A DNA stretch of 10,245 bases, taken from the NCBI GenBank assembly GCA_038883715.1, contig JAVZLS010000027.1:1-10245 (forward strand). Reading direction: 5' to 3'. Position numbers and translations under genes: made by a program. Shown piece by piece: positions 1 through 8,458 of the stretch (position 1 is its first letter; each line of letters begins with the position of its first letter). The notes below the pieces were generated by a model. That model had not been told where the DNA came from and searched no databases. It worked only from the letters and a program-made list of their open reading frames with translations. The DNA is from Candidatus Bathyarchaeia archaeon. GTDB lineage: Archaea; Thermoproteota; Bathyarchaeia; Bathyarchaeales; Bathycorpusculaceae.

Positions 1-566
1 GAATCCTCGCAGCATCAAAAAGCGTCCTAAAGGGGAGCGACGTCTGCGAACCATCAATTTCAAAATATCACCAACAAATGCTGGAACAAGTCATCGAAGC
101 AGTTCCGAACACACGTTTCCAAGTGGCAGATGTGGCTGTTTCGGCTGCAGAGGCACGACACACAGATCCCGATGCCGTTGGCTTCCGCTTCGAGACAAAG
201 GAGTTTGGCGATTTTGCCTACACAAGCGACACAGAATACTTTGAGGGCATAGGCAAATATTACAGAGGCGTTAGGCTTCTAATGCTTTGTGTTATGCGCC
301 CAGCCGGTAAGCCGTGGAAAGGCCACATGACAACAGAAGACGCCATAAAAATTGTCGAAGAATCCCGCCCAGAACAAGCCGTTTTGACGCATCTCGGAAT
401 GCAAATGATATTCCAAGGACCAGCCCGTGAAGCCAAAATAATCGAGGAGAAGACCGGGACACCCTCAGTGGCAGCCATAGACGGCATGCGCATAATTTTC
501 GGCGAGCAAATTCAAGTAGAAGCAAGGCCTAAACGTGTTCAACAGGGCTTAAACCAGTTTATTTAA
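1..566 (+). CDS. Metallo-beta-lactamase (MBL)-fold metallo-hydrolase, archaeal type; 5'-truncated by the window edge
   Basis: The frame is open from position 3 (ILAASKSVLKGSDVCEPSISKYHQQ, then M at 78), so the real start lies upstream of the window. The C-terminal MBL motifs are present: RHTDP, YTSDTEY, GHMTTEDA and LTHLGM. The HxHxDH motif would be upstream and is not visible. Confidence 0.85.
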   Translation, partial: ILAASKSVLKGSDVCEPSISKYHQQMLEQVIEAVPNTRFQVADVAVSAAEARHTDPDAVGFRFETKEFGDFAYTSDTEYFEGIGKYYRGVRLLMLCVMRPAGKPWKGHMTTEDAIKIVEESRPEQAVLTHLGMQMIFQGPAREAKIIEEKTGTPSVAAIDGMRIIFGEQIQVEARPKRVQQGLNQFI

Positions 567-580
567 GTTGAGCCCCAGCT

Positions 581-1168
581 CTAAAGTAGAAGTTCATAAC
601 CGCGGCATGTTAAAACTTCTTTCGGTTGATATTTCTTTTTGATCCCTTCTAAATCTGTTTCCGGCATTACATGAGCGTATACCTCAATTACATGCAAGCC
701 ATCCCTATCGAAAGCCAATAAATTTTCACGATTAGTTATAAGAACATGATGATACTCATAGAATTTTTTGAAACCATATTTTTCGAAAAAGATCCATGCT
801 TGGGGCTCAATGGACCACAGTTCTAATCGTTTCATGCCAAGTTTTTTGCCGCGTTTCACTCCTTCGTTCAAGAGCCTTGTTGCAATGCCCCTTCTCCTAA
901 ATTCTGGTAACACTCCAACATCCCACAACATGCCATTTCCCTCAAATTTTCTGTAGCAAATCTTTCCCGGAACTTCTTCAAGCTCAATGTCTAGGAAACC
1001 AATGATTTTTCCAGCCGCCAAAGCTACAAGTTCAACAGTTTTTCCGGCATAGGTACGCTTATTTCGTTCCAACCTCCTCTCGTTTGTGTTCAAATAAACC
1101 AGTGCGTGGCATTTTAACCACTCTTCTTTATCTTCAGTTTTGTATTCGCGAATAATTAAATCCATCAT
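581..1168 (-). CDS. GNAT-family N-acetyltransferase
   Basis: 195 aa. Acetyl-CoA-binding motif A (VGVLPEFRRRGIATRLL) and motif B region (RLELWS...FFEKYGF). GGGAG lies 5 nt before the ATG on the minus strand. Confidence 0.9.
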   Translation of the reverse strand: MMDLIIREYKTEDKEEWLKCHALVYLNTNERRLERNKRTYAGKTVELVALAAGKIIGFLDIELEEVPGKICYRKFEGNGMLWDVGVLPEFRRRGIATRLLNEGVKRGKKLGMKRLELWSIEPQAWIFFEKYGFKKFYEYHHVLITNRENLLAFDRDGLHVIEVYAHVMPETDLEGIKKKYQPKEVLTCRGYELLL

Positions 1169-1218
1169 GTCAGCTCCCTAACTTAAATTAATATATCTCA
1201 GTATTCAATTTAAGACCT
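1169..1218. promoter_or_regulatory. Divergent promoter region between the GNAT gene and pyrH
   Basis: 50-bp AT-rich gap between divergent starts. TATA-like TTAATATA at 1188-1195 ends 23 nt before the pyrH ATG, consistent with a leaderless mRNA. Inverted repeat CTTAAATT (1182-1189) / AATTTAAG (1207-1214). Confidence 0.55.
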
Positions 1219-1893
1219 ATGCGGATCGTGATCCGAATTGGCGGCTCCGTTGTTGCCACGCCAGTAAACATCCAACTAATGAGCGAATACGCCAAAATTT
1301 TGAAGAAACTGAAGGCTGAAGGGCACACGCTAGCAGTTGTTGTCGGCGGAGGAGCCCTAGCAAGAGATTTCATAAAAATAGCCAAAGAACTTGGCTTGGC
1401 GAAAAAAGACCAGGATGATTTGGCGATTAGCGTTTCAAGAATTTACGCCCAACTTTTCGCCAAAATGCTGGGTGGGCTGGCATGCGAAAAAATCCCAACA
1501 AGCGTAGAAGAGGCTGTTCAATGCCTAGAAAAGGGGAAGATTGCAGTTTTAGGCGGCTTAAAACCGGGCATGACAACGGATACTGTTGCCGCCCTAGTGG
1601 CTGAAAGCATAAAGGCGGACATGCTCATAAAAGCCACAGACCAAGAAGGCGTGTACACAAAAGACCCAAGAAAGCATCCAGACGCTGTAAAACTTGATAG
1701 GATAAGCTTTGAAGAACTGCCAAAAGTTTTAGCTGAAGATAGGCATAAGGCTGGAATCCACCAAATCTTAGACCCAGAAGCCATAAAAATTCTGAAGACT
1801 AAGCGAATAAAGGTCCATGTTTTAAATGGGTTTAAGCCAGGAAACCTTTTACTGGCGGTTGAAAGAAAAGCTGTTGGAACGTTAATAGAGTGA
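1219..1893 (+). CDS. pyrH: Uridylate (UMP) kinase, archaeal type
   Basis: 224 aa amino-acid-kinase fold with IGGSV, VVVGGGALARDFI, GGLKPGMTTDTVAA, ATDQEGVYTKDPRKHPDA and AGIHQILDPEA. Motifs and length match archaeal PyrH. Confidence 0.95.
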   Translation: MRIVIRIGGSVVATPVNIQLMSEYAKILKKLKAEGHTLAVVVGGGALARDFIKIAKELGLAKKDQDDLAISVSRIYAQLFAKMLGGLACEKIPTSVEEAVQCLEKGKIAVLGGLKPGMTTDTVAALVAESIKADMLIKATDQEGVYTKDPRKHPDAVKLDRISFEELPKVLAEDRHKAGIHQILDPEAIKILKTKRIKVHVLNGFKPGNLLLAVERKAVGTLIE

Positions 1894-1927
1894 ATGTATT
1901 AGAAATGGCTTTTAATGGGCATAATCC

Positions 1928-1978
1928 TTAAATATGCGAATGTTATGTTTTTATCGAATTTGATATCGATGGTGATAT
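1928..1978 (+). promoter_or_regulatory. Promoter and putative tandem operator upstream of the padR-family gene
   Basis: TATA-like TTAAATA at 1928-1934. Two overlapping copies of TATCGA-N3-TGATAT (1952-1966 and 1964-1978, 12-bp period), each a TATC-N6-GATA dyad. GGTGA ribosome-binding motif at 1971-1975. Confidence 0.6.
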
Positions 1979-1980
1979 AA

Positions 1981-2565
1981 ATGTTTGGTGACGAACGTTT
2001 TCCACCGCCTCCGCCTCTTCCGCCTTTCAGGCACTGGTTGAGGCATATGGCTGCTGTGCCAAAGGGTTTTCTGCGTTATCAAGTTTTGGAGCTTTTGAAC
2101 GAGAAGCCAATGTCTGGCTCTGAAATTATGAACGAGATTGAGAAGCGAACCAATGGCTGTTGGAAACCAAGCCCTGGCTCCATTTACCCGCTTTTGGCTT
2201 GGCTCCAAGATAATGGCTACATCCGCGAGGTGCCAACCGAAGAAACAGGTGTAAAACGTTACACGCTTACTGATAAGGGAAGGCAGCTTCTCGAAGAACA
2301 GCGGAAAATGCGCGGTCACTTCCGCATGGGACGCAAGTTGTTTGTTCCACCACTTATTGGCTCCTTTCTGCTACGTCTTCCACGTGAGCAGTCGGAGGAA
2401 GTTCGTGAAGCTTTTAGGCGTCTATTCAAGGCTTTCCTCAGTTTAGGCTTAACTTTGGAGGAGCGCTTTTCAGAACAAGCCTTAAAGGAAACATTGCAAG
2501 TTTTGAATGAAACCTCACAGAGGCTTGAAGATATAGAAAAGAAACTGCGGGGCGGAAAGGCTTGA
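1981..2565 (+). CDS. PadR-family transcriptional regulator
   Basis: 194 aa. PadR winged-helix signature GFLRYQVLELLNEKPMSGSEIM...WKPSPGSIYPLLAWL...YTLTDKG, followed by a helical/coiled-coil C-terminus. Proline-rich N-terminus. Confidence 0.93.
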   Translation: MFGDERFPPPPPLPPFRHWLRHMAAVPKGFLRYQVLELLNEKPMSGSEIMNEIEKRTNGCWKPSPGSIYPLLAWLQDNGYIREVPTEETGVKRYTLTDKGRQLLEEQRKMRGHFRMGRKLFVPPLIGSFLLRLPREQSEEVREAFRRLFKAFLSLGLTLEERFSEQALKETLQVLNETSQRLEDIEKKLRGGKA

Positions 2566-3566
2566 CGGAAGAGGTAATTAAGGCTGAAAACTTGACGAAA
2601 GTTTTTAACAAGAGCCTAGTGGCTGTGGACCACGTAACCTTCAGCGTCCGAGACGGCGAAATCTTCGGCTTTCTGGGTCCAAACGGCGCCGGAAAAACCA
2701 CCACGATAAACATGCTGATAACAGTGCTGAAGCCGACAGAAGGTACTGCCTCGGTGCTTGGCTACGACATTGTTAAACAAGCCAACGAGGTTCGAAAAGT
2801 GATTGGCGTTGTTCCTCAAGAGTATACGGCGGATGAGGACTTAACCGGTTACGAGAATATTATGCTCTGTGCAGATTTGTACGGGATTCCCCGCGAGATT
2901 GCCAAAAAACGTGCCTTGGAACTGCTGGAGCTTGTGGAGCTGACGGAGTTTAAGGATAAGCGAGTTGAAACCTACTCTGGCGGTATGCGCAGAAGACTGG
3001 AGCTTGCATGCGGGCTTATTAACCGTCCTAAAGTGCTCTTTTTGGACGAGCCGACCTTAGGCTTGGATGTGCAGACGCGGGCCGCCACTTGGGAGTACAT
3101 CCGCCGTTTGAAGAAGGAGTATGGCATGACGCTTTTCATGACCACGCATTATTTGGAGGAGGCTGACGCCCTCTGCGACCGCATAGCCATAATAGACCAC
3201 GGAAAAATAGTTGTGACTGGCTCGCCGAGCGAGCTTAAGGACAGCCTAGGCGGGGACATAATCACCATAAGCATAAAGGAGAATGCAGACGTAACCAGCA
3301 TAATAAAAAGCGTCGAAAAAGTTAAGGAGGTTAGAAACGAGAACGGCGCCTACCGGATTAAGGCTGAAAAAGGCGAGGCAACAGCCCCACTAATAATTGA
3401 GGCTTTGAGGAAGAAGGGCTACACGGTGACGAGGCTTTCGCTTACAGAGCCAACCCTAAACGAGGTTTATCTGGAGTACACTGGCAGAGCCATGCGCGAC
3501 ACGGAAGAGTCCCGCATGGAGATTATGGCTCAAAGACTACACTTGAGGAGGGCTAGGAAAACATGA
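2562..3566 (+). CDS. ABC exporter ATP-binding subunit (DrrA/NodI-like)
   Basis: Walker A GPNGAGKTT, Q-loop VVPQE, signature YSGGM, Walker B LFLDEP, H-loop TTHY, and a C-terminal extension ending in EPTLNEVYL. The TTG start overlaps the padR stop (TTGA). Confidence 0.93.
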   Translation: MTEEVIKAENLTKVFNKSLVAVDHVTFSVRDGEIFGFLGPNGAGKTTTINMLITVLKPTEGTASVLGYDIVKQANEVRKVIGVVPQEYTADEDLTGYENIMLCADLYGIPREIAKKRALELLELVELTEFKDKRVETYSGGMRRRLELACGLINRPKVLFLDEPTLGLDVQTRAATWEYIRRLKKEYGMTLFMTTHYLEEADALCDRIAIIDHGKIVVTGSPSELKDSLGGDIITISIKENADVTSIIKSVEKVKEVRNENGAYRIKAEKGEATAPLIIEALRKKGYTVTRLSLTEPTLNEVYLEYTGRAMRDTEESRMEIMAQRLHLRRARKT

Positions 3567-4522
3567 GCGAGGCTGCTTCTCCAACGGTTGTCAACGAGTG
3601 CAAGCCAAGCCTTATGAGAGGATTGTGGGCTTTAACCTACCGGGAACTCAAAAAGTGGCTTAAAGACCCAGTTATGCTTGTAATGTTTGTGCTTCAACCC
3701 CTCATATGGATGGGATTGCTGGGAAAGTCCATGAATATAGGTGGACTCTTTTCAGCCAACAACATAAACCTGCCACAGCAGATTGGCATTGATGGTAGAG
3801 CCGTTATTTATCCGCCGGGACTCCAAGGCGTGGTTCTTAATGGCACAGCGCTTTCGCAGATGTTCGCTGACATGGGTTCAAGTATAATGAAAGACACTTT
3901 CGGTGTTGCAGACTACTTCAGCTTTATGGCTGTCGGCATGGTTTCAATGATAGTCATGACTACGACCATGTTCAGCGGCATGTCCATCGTCTGGGACCGT
4001 CGTCTCGGCTTTCTGGACAAAGTGATAAGTACTCCAGTTTCGAGGGCAGCCATAATATTTGCAAAAATTTTTAACGCAACTTTTAGAGCGATGTTCCAAG
4101 CCACGGTAATTTTGGCGTTAGCCTATCTGCTGGGACTACAATTAAGCGGCACCTTCATAATACTTAACATTTTAGGCGTTTATGCAGCCATATTTCTGCT
4201 CGGTGTTGGGCTCTCATCGGTTTTCTTGGCTTTCTCCATAAGGTCCACCCGGATGGAGCGCCCAATGCAGTTTGTAAGCCTCATCACGATGCCATTAATG
4301 TTTGCCAGCAACACATTCTTCCCAACAAGGCTTATGCCAGACTGGATGCAAGCTATTGCTAACGTAAATCCTCTCACATACCTAACGGACGCCATTAGGC
4401 AGCTCACCATACTGCCAATTGACGCATCTAAACTAATAGTGGACTTCGCTTATCTTGGCGTTTTTGCAGTGGTCCTCTCCATCTTAGGAGTAGTGTTGGC
4501 GTGGCGATACCTAACAAGGTGA
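3563..4522 (+). CDS. ABC-2 type transporter permease (DrrB-like)
   Basis: About six hydrophobic segments. Motifs RELKKWLKDP, SIVWDRRLGFLDKVISTPVSR and WMQAIANVNPLTYLTDAIR. ATGA overlap with the upstream ATPase gene. Confidence 0.92.
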   Translation: MSEAASPTVVNECKPSLMRGLWALTYRELKKWLKDPVMLVMFVLQPLIWMGLLGKSMNIGGLFSANNINLPQQIGIDGRAVIYPPGLQGVVLNGTALSQMFADMGSSIMKDTFGVADYFSFMAVGMVSMIVMTTTMFSGMSIVWDRRLGFLDKVISTPVSRAAIIFAKIFNATFRAMFQATVILALAYLLGLQLSGTFIILNILGVYAAIFLLGVGLSSVFLAFSIRSTRMERPMQFVSLITMPLMFASNTFFPTRLMPDWMQAIANVNPLTYLTDAIRQLTILPIDASKLIVDFAYLGVFAVVLSILGVVLAWRYLTR

Positions 4523-4540
4523 AATTAAGGGGGCAGAACC

Positions 4541-5230
4541 ATGACTGTGATTGTTGAGGCTGTAAACCTTAGGAAAGTGTATATGCTGGGCAAAGTTCCG
4601 GTGGAAGCCCTAAGAGGGGTAAACCTAAAGGTTGAGGAAGGGGAATTCCTATCTGTTCTCGGTCCTTCTGGGAGTGGCAAATCAACCCTTCTAAATCTTA
4701 TAGGGGCTTTGGACAAGCCAACTGATGGAAAAGTCTTCATCGAAGGCGTGGATGTTTCAACCCTTAATGATGGGCAGCTGGCAGATTTAAGGCGTAGAAT
4801 AGGCTTTGTTTTCCAATTTTTCAATTTGATTCCAAGGTTTACGGCTAGGCAGAATGTGGAGCTTCCCATGGCTATTGCCGGGTTAGGAAAGGAAGCTAGA
4901 CGGAAAAGAGCTGAAGAGCTTCTCAAAATTGTTGGTTTGGCTGACAGAATGGAACATAAGCCAACAGAGCTAAGCGGAGGCGAACAACAACGGGTGGCGA
5001 TAGCCAGAGCCTTGGCTAATAATCCACGCTTTCTCCTTATGGATGAGCCCACTGGAAACATAGATTCGAAAAACGCCTACGAAATAATTCAGCTCATAAA
5101 GGGGCTGAACCGAGATTTGGGCGTAACAGTGATAATGGTTACTCATGACCAGCGTTTGGCTGCGGAGGCAAAAAGAACAGTGCAAATGCTTGACGGCCTC
5201 ATAGTGGATGAAAAGGTGAATAAAGCATGA
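4541..5230 (+). CDS. ABC transporter ATP-binding subunit (LolD/MacB/FtsE-like)
   Basis: GPSGSGKST, IGFVFQFFNLIP, LSGGEQQRVAIARAL, DEPTGNID and VTHD motifs. 229 aa. Confidence 0.95.
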   Translation: MTVIVEAVNLRKVYMLGKVPVEALRGVNLKVEEGEFLSVLGPSGSGKSTLLNLIGALDKPTDGKVFIEGVDVSTLNDGQLADLRRRIGFVFQFFNLIPRFTARQNVELPMAIAGLGKEARRKRAEELLKIVGLADRMEHKPTELSGGEQQRVAIARALANNPRFLLMDEPTGNIDSKNAYEIIQLIKGLNRDLGVTVIMVTHDQRLAAEAKRTVQMLDGLIVDEKVNKA

Positions 5231-6498
5231 AACCAACAGACATATTCTCATATGCTTTCAGTGCCATAAAACTGCGCAAACTCAGAGCTGGCTTAACAAC
5301 CCTAGGCGTCGTCATAGGAATAGCTGCGATAGTGGCTCTGCTATCAATAACCCAAGGCTTGCAAGTGGCGATATCCACCCAACTTCAGAAGGGACTTGCA
5401 ACAGACACCCTAATAGTCACGGCGAGAAGCGAATCCGGATTTAGGCTCTTGGTCAACGATACAAAGACGATAGAGGATGTATGCGGCGAAAACGTCACCA
5501 TATCGCTTGCCGTCATCCTAAGAACCGGCTACATAAAAGCTGGAGAAAAAACAAGCCGAGTCACAATTGCCGGCGTTGAATATGCTAAATACGCTGAAAT
5601 CTACGGCAGCCTATTCGTAGCGGAGGAGGGAACAATCCCACAAAACCCAGAAAACAGCGCTGTTGTCGTCGGAAAGCGCGTCAGCGACCCGTGGGGGAAC
5701 GGAACACTCTTCTGCAAAACTGGCGACAACGTTGAAATCATTTGGACTAACGCGACTGCACGACCATTCAAAAACGAAACTTACACGGGCAATGTTGTGG
5801 CTGTTCTCCGAGAAATTGGAGGATTCAGTTTTGGCGGTCCATCAGACACAAGCATATACATACCAATAACGCAGGCTCAAACCTTTTTTGGAACAGAGGA
5901 ATGCGAAATGATAATTGTGAAACTAAAAAATGATGATAAAGAAACTATTGACAGCGCTGCAAAAGCCATAAGAGACGCCTTTGGCGGTCAAGTCACTGTA
6001 ACCTCTTCAACGGCCATCCTCAACATAATATCAAGCGTGTTTTCCACCATGGAGATTTTCCTAGGTGGAATTGCAGCCATATCACTATTGGTGGCTGGAA
6101 TAGGCATAATGAACATCATGATTGTCTCAATAATGGAGCGAACAAGGGAGATAGGCATCCTAAAAGCCTTAGGAATGAAAAATAGGCAGATGCTCCTAAT
6201 ATTTTTGGGCGAGGCAGCCATAATAGGTTTGCTCGGCGCAGTCATCGGCGTAGGAGCTGGATGGGGCATAGCCCAAGTCGCAGTAAGAGTTTTCAGTGCT
6301 GGAGGCGGCATCGGCGGAGGCATACGCCAAGGAAGCCAAGCAGCATTAGCCAACGGAATAACAATATCGCCAGTCTTAACGCCTACGGTGCTTTTCGGCG
6401 CCATAGCCTTCGGCTTAATAGTTAGCGTACTCTTCGGGCTTTACCCAGCTTGGAGAGCCTCCAGACTTAAGCCGGTGGAAGCCCTAAGATATGAATAG
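5227..6498 (+). CDS. ABC transporter permease, MacB/FtsX-like (4 TM plus large extracellular domain)
   Basis: N-terminal RKLRAGLTTLGVVIGIAAIVAL, a long soluble loop, then GIMNIMIVSIMERTREIGILKALG and the terminal YPAWRASRLKPVEALRYE. ATGA overlap with the ATPase gene. Confidence 0.93.
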   Translation: MKPTDIFSYAFSAIKLRKLRAGLTTLGVVIGIAAIVALLSITQGLQVAISTQLQKGLATDTLIVTARSESGFRLLVNDTKTIEDVCGENVTISLAVILRTGYIKAGEKTSRVTIAGVEYAKYAEIYGSLFVAEEGTIPQNPENSAVVVGKRVSDPWGNGTLFCKTGDNVEIIWTNATARPFKNETYTGNVVAVLREIGGFSFGGPSDTSIYIPITQAQTFFGTEECEMIIVKLKNDDKETIDSAAKAIRDAFGGQVTVTSSTAILNIISSVFSTMEIFLGGIAAISLLVAGIGIMNIMIVSIMERTREIGILKALGMKNRQMLLIFLGEAAIIGLLGAVIGVGAGWGIAQVAVRVFSAGGGIGGGIRQGSQAALANGITISPVLTPTVLFGAIAFGLIVSVLFGLYPAWRASRLKPVEALRYE

Positions 6499-6512
6499 CA
6501 AACGCGCCCATC

Positions 6513-6526
6513 GGACAAATTATATA
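6513..6526 (+). promoter_or_regulatory. Putative BRE/TATA promoter of the rhomboid gene
   Basis: Purine-rich GGACAAA followed by TTATATA (6520-6526), about 40 nt before the TTG at 6566. Confidence 0.5.
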
Positions 6527-6565
6527 GGCCTTGCTTCGGATATTTAGCGCAGAGGCAGTTGCGAA

Positions 6566-7951
6566 TTGGCAGATTCCTTTAAAAGAAGCCTTGGCATTCC
6601 AATGGGAGACCTATCCCATTTCAGAAAAAGACCAGTGGCAACCATTGCCATAATAGTGGTTAACATCGCAGTCTACGCCATAACATCTTATGAGAACATC
6701 TTCTTAGAAGTAAGCGACTACTGGGTAAGCGCTGGGGGCTTTGTCCCAGCATTAACGCCGATGCCGACCCAATGGTATAGGATTTTCTCATCAATGTTTT
6801 TACATGCTGACTTCTTTCACATCCTATTCAACATGTACTTCCTCTACATTTTCGGAAGAGCCGTTGAAGAAGCCCTCGGCAGTTGGCGTTTCCTCGCCCT
6901 ATACATGTTTTCAGGCATAGTCGCATCCATATTCCACACAGCTTTCAGCTTTCTAGGCGGAGCAACAGCCTACGTAATCCCAGCCATAGGCGCCTCGGGA
7001 GCCATAAGCGGAGTTTTAGGAGCATACCTAATCCTTTTCCCAGGTACATCGCTGGTTATGGGCTGGTTCTTCCTATACTTCCCAATGTTCTTTAGGCTGA
7101 AGGCAGCCTACTACCTCCTCTTCTGGTTTGCAACCCAAGTGATTTACGGCTACTTCAGGCTAAGTGGAAGCACAGCAGTCTTCGCCCACGCAGGAGGCTT
7201 CATAGCAGGGATAGCGCTTCTCCCACTAGTCGCCAGCAAAGAAAGGCTTATCCAATTTAGGCTCGCGAGACAAACTGCCTTCCCAGCCTACATAGTTTTT
7301 ACGCCAACACCAGCCAAACCCGTCGGTCTAGGACACACAACAAAAATAATAATTGCAGCGCTTTTGGCTGCGTTGCTTCTTGGCACAGCTTATGCCTCAA
7401 CTGGGTTGGCAAGCCACAATAATGTAAAGTGGGTGACCATGCAATATACATGCGAAGGAACAGCGTACACTGATAGTGTAGGCGTTTCATTGTACGATAT
7501 TTGGTCTCAGCTTGCCAGCATATCCCTAGATAAAACAAGAGTAATGTTGAATAGACTGTATGCTGCTGAACTGCTTTACAATACTTCTAAAGCCAAGAGC
7601 GAAGGCTCCTTCAGTTTTACTGGCAAAGTCCCAATTGGAAGCGTGGAAGTTCCAACCATAATAATTCTTAACGGAAAATATGACAATGATGGTTTTCTCG
7701 AATACGGTAAAGGGAATTTAACAACGTTTATAGTTTATGATGGCAAGTACTTAGGACGTTTTCCAGTAAGTTATAGTTTTGAAATTTCCTCAAGAACGGT
7801 TAACCTCGCTTATATAACGCAGTATACTGGAATCATGTCTTTTGTGGCTACCGCCGCCGCCCTCGGCGTGGCTGTTGTGAAGGATAGGGATTTAACTCTT
7901 ATAGGTGAGGAGCCTAGAAGGGTTTGGCATCCTTACACGCCTGTTGCATAG
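6566..7951 (+). CDS. Rhomboid-family intramembrane serine protease with long C-terminal extension
   Basis: WYR...SMFLHADFFHILFNM, catalytic GASGA (Ser) and AHAGG (His) motifs. About 230 additional residues follow. The start may be TTG 6566 or ATG 6602. Confidence 0.92.
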   Translation: MADSFKRSLGIPMGDLSHFRKRPVATIAIIVVNIAVYAITSYENIFLEVSDYWVSAGGFVPALTPMPTQWYRIFSSMFLHADFFHILFNMYFLYIFGRAVEEALGSWRFLALYMFSGIVASIFHTAFSFLGGATAYVIPAIGASGAISGVLGAYLILFPGTSLVMGWFFLYFPMFFRLKAAYYLLFWFATQVIYGYFRLSGSTAVFAHAGGFIAGIALLPLVASKERLIQFRLARQTAFPAYIVFTPTPAKPVGLGHTTKIIIAALLAALLLGTAYASTGLASHNNVKWVTMQYTCEGTAYTDSVGVSLYDIWSQLASISLDKTRVMLNRLYAAELLYNTSKAKSEGSFSFTGKVPIGSVEVPTIIILNGKYDNDGFLEYGKGNLTTFIVYDGKYLGRFPVSYSFEISSRTVNLAYITQYTGIMSFVATAAALGVAVVKDRDLTLIGEEPRRVWHPYTPVA

Positions 7952-7997
7952 GAAAGTTTAAGAATTAAAAGGGAATAATGCGTGAAAGGGTTTTGGC

Positions 7998-8447
7998 GTG
8001 GTTCGGCGCTTTTATCCAAGCCAGCCGGTGGTCGGCGTAGGAGCCATAATAATCTGTGACGGGAAAATTTTGTTGGAGAAGCGTAAGGGCGAGCCTGGGA
8101 GAGGTAAGTGGAGTGTTCCTGGCGGTTTGGTGGAGCTTGGTGAGAGGGCGGAAGACGCCGTTATCCGCGAGGTTAAGGAGGAGACAGGGCTGGTTGTGGC
8201 TGATCCGGAGCTTATTGATGTTGTTGACAATATTGTCCGAGACGAAAATGGCGAGGTGAAATACCACTTCGTCATAATAGACTATTTTGTGAAGCTTAAG
8301 GGTGGAGAAATGCGGGCGGCGGACGACGCCGCAGAACTCCGCTGGGTTCCGTTAGGCGAGACGGAAAAATACGATCTGACAAAGACTTTGAGAGCTTTCC
8401 TCCAGCGGAACAAGAAAAGGTTAGAAAAACTCAACTCCGGTGTGTAG
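7998..8447 (+). CDS. Nudix hydrolase (MutT/ADP-ribose pyrophosphatase-like)
   Basis: Complete Nudix box G-LVELG-E-RAEDAVI-REVKEETGL. N-terminal PVVGVGAII and C-terminal AADDAAELRW. GTG start. Confidence 0.93.
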   Translation: MVRRFYPSQPVVGVGAIIICDGKILLEKRKGEPGRGKWSVPGGLVELGERAEDAVIREVKEETGLVVADPELIDVVDNIVRDENGEVKYHFVIIDYFVKLKGGEMRAADDAAELRWVPLGETEKYDLTKTLRAFLQRNKKRLEKLNSGV

Positions 8448-8458
8448 TAGTTTCGCCT

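Noticed and set aside
78-80. ATG at 78 as the start of the first gene
   Set aside because: The frame is open to the window edge and the N-terminal MBL metal-binding motif is missing, so the gene starts upstream.
2001-2027. Repeated CCGCCT units
   Set aside because: Explained by the polyproline tract PPPPPLPP in the PadR N-terminus; not an independent DNA repeat.
4525-5061. 178-aa antisense ORF
   Set aside because: It is the familiar shadow frame opposite ABC ATPase genes and has no independent motifs or start signals.
5988-6404. 138-aa antisense ORF, along with the other short overlapping ORFs (e.g. 260-493, 1518-1784, 1951-2319, 2438-2713, 7965-8267, 9572-9781)
   Set aside because: All lie within or opposite well-supported genes and show no recognisable protein features.
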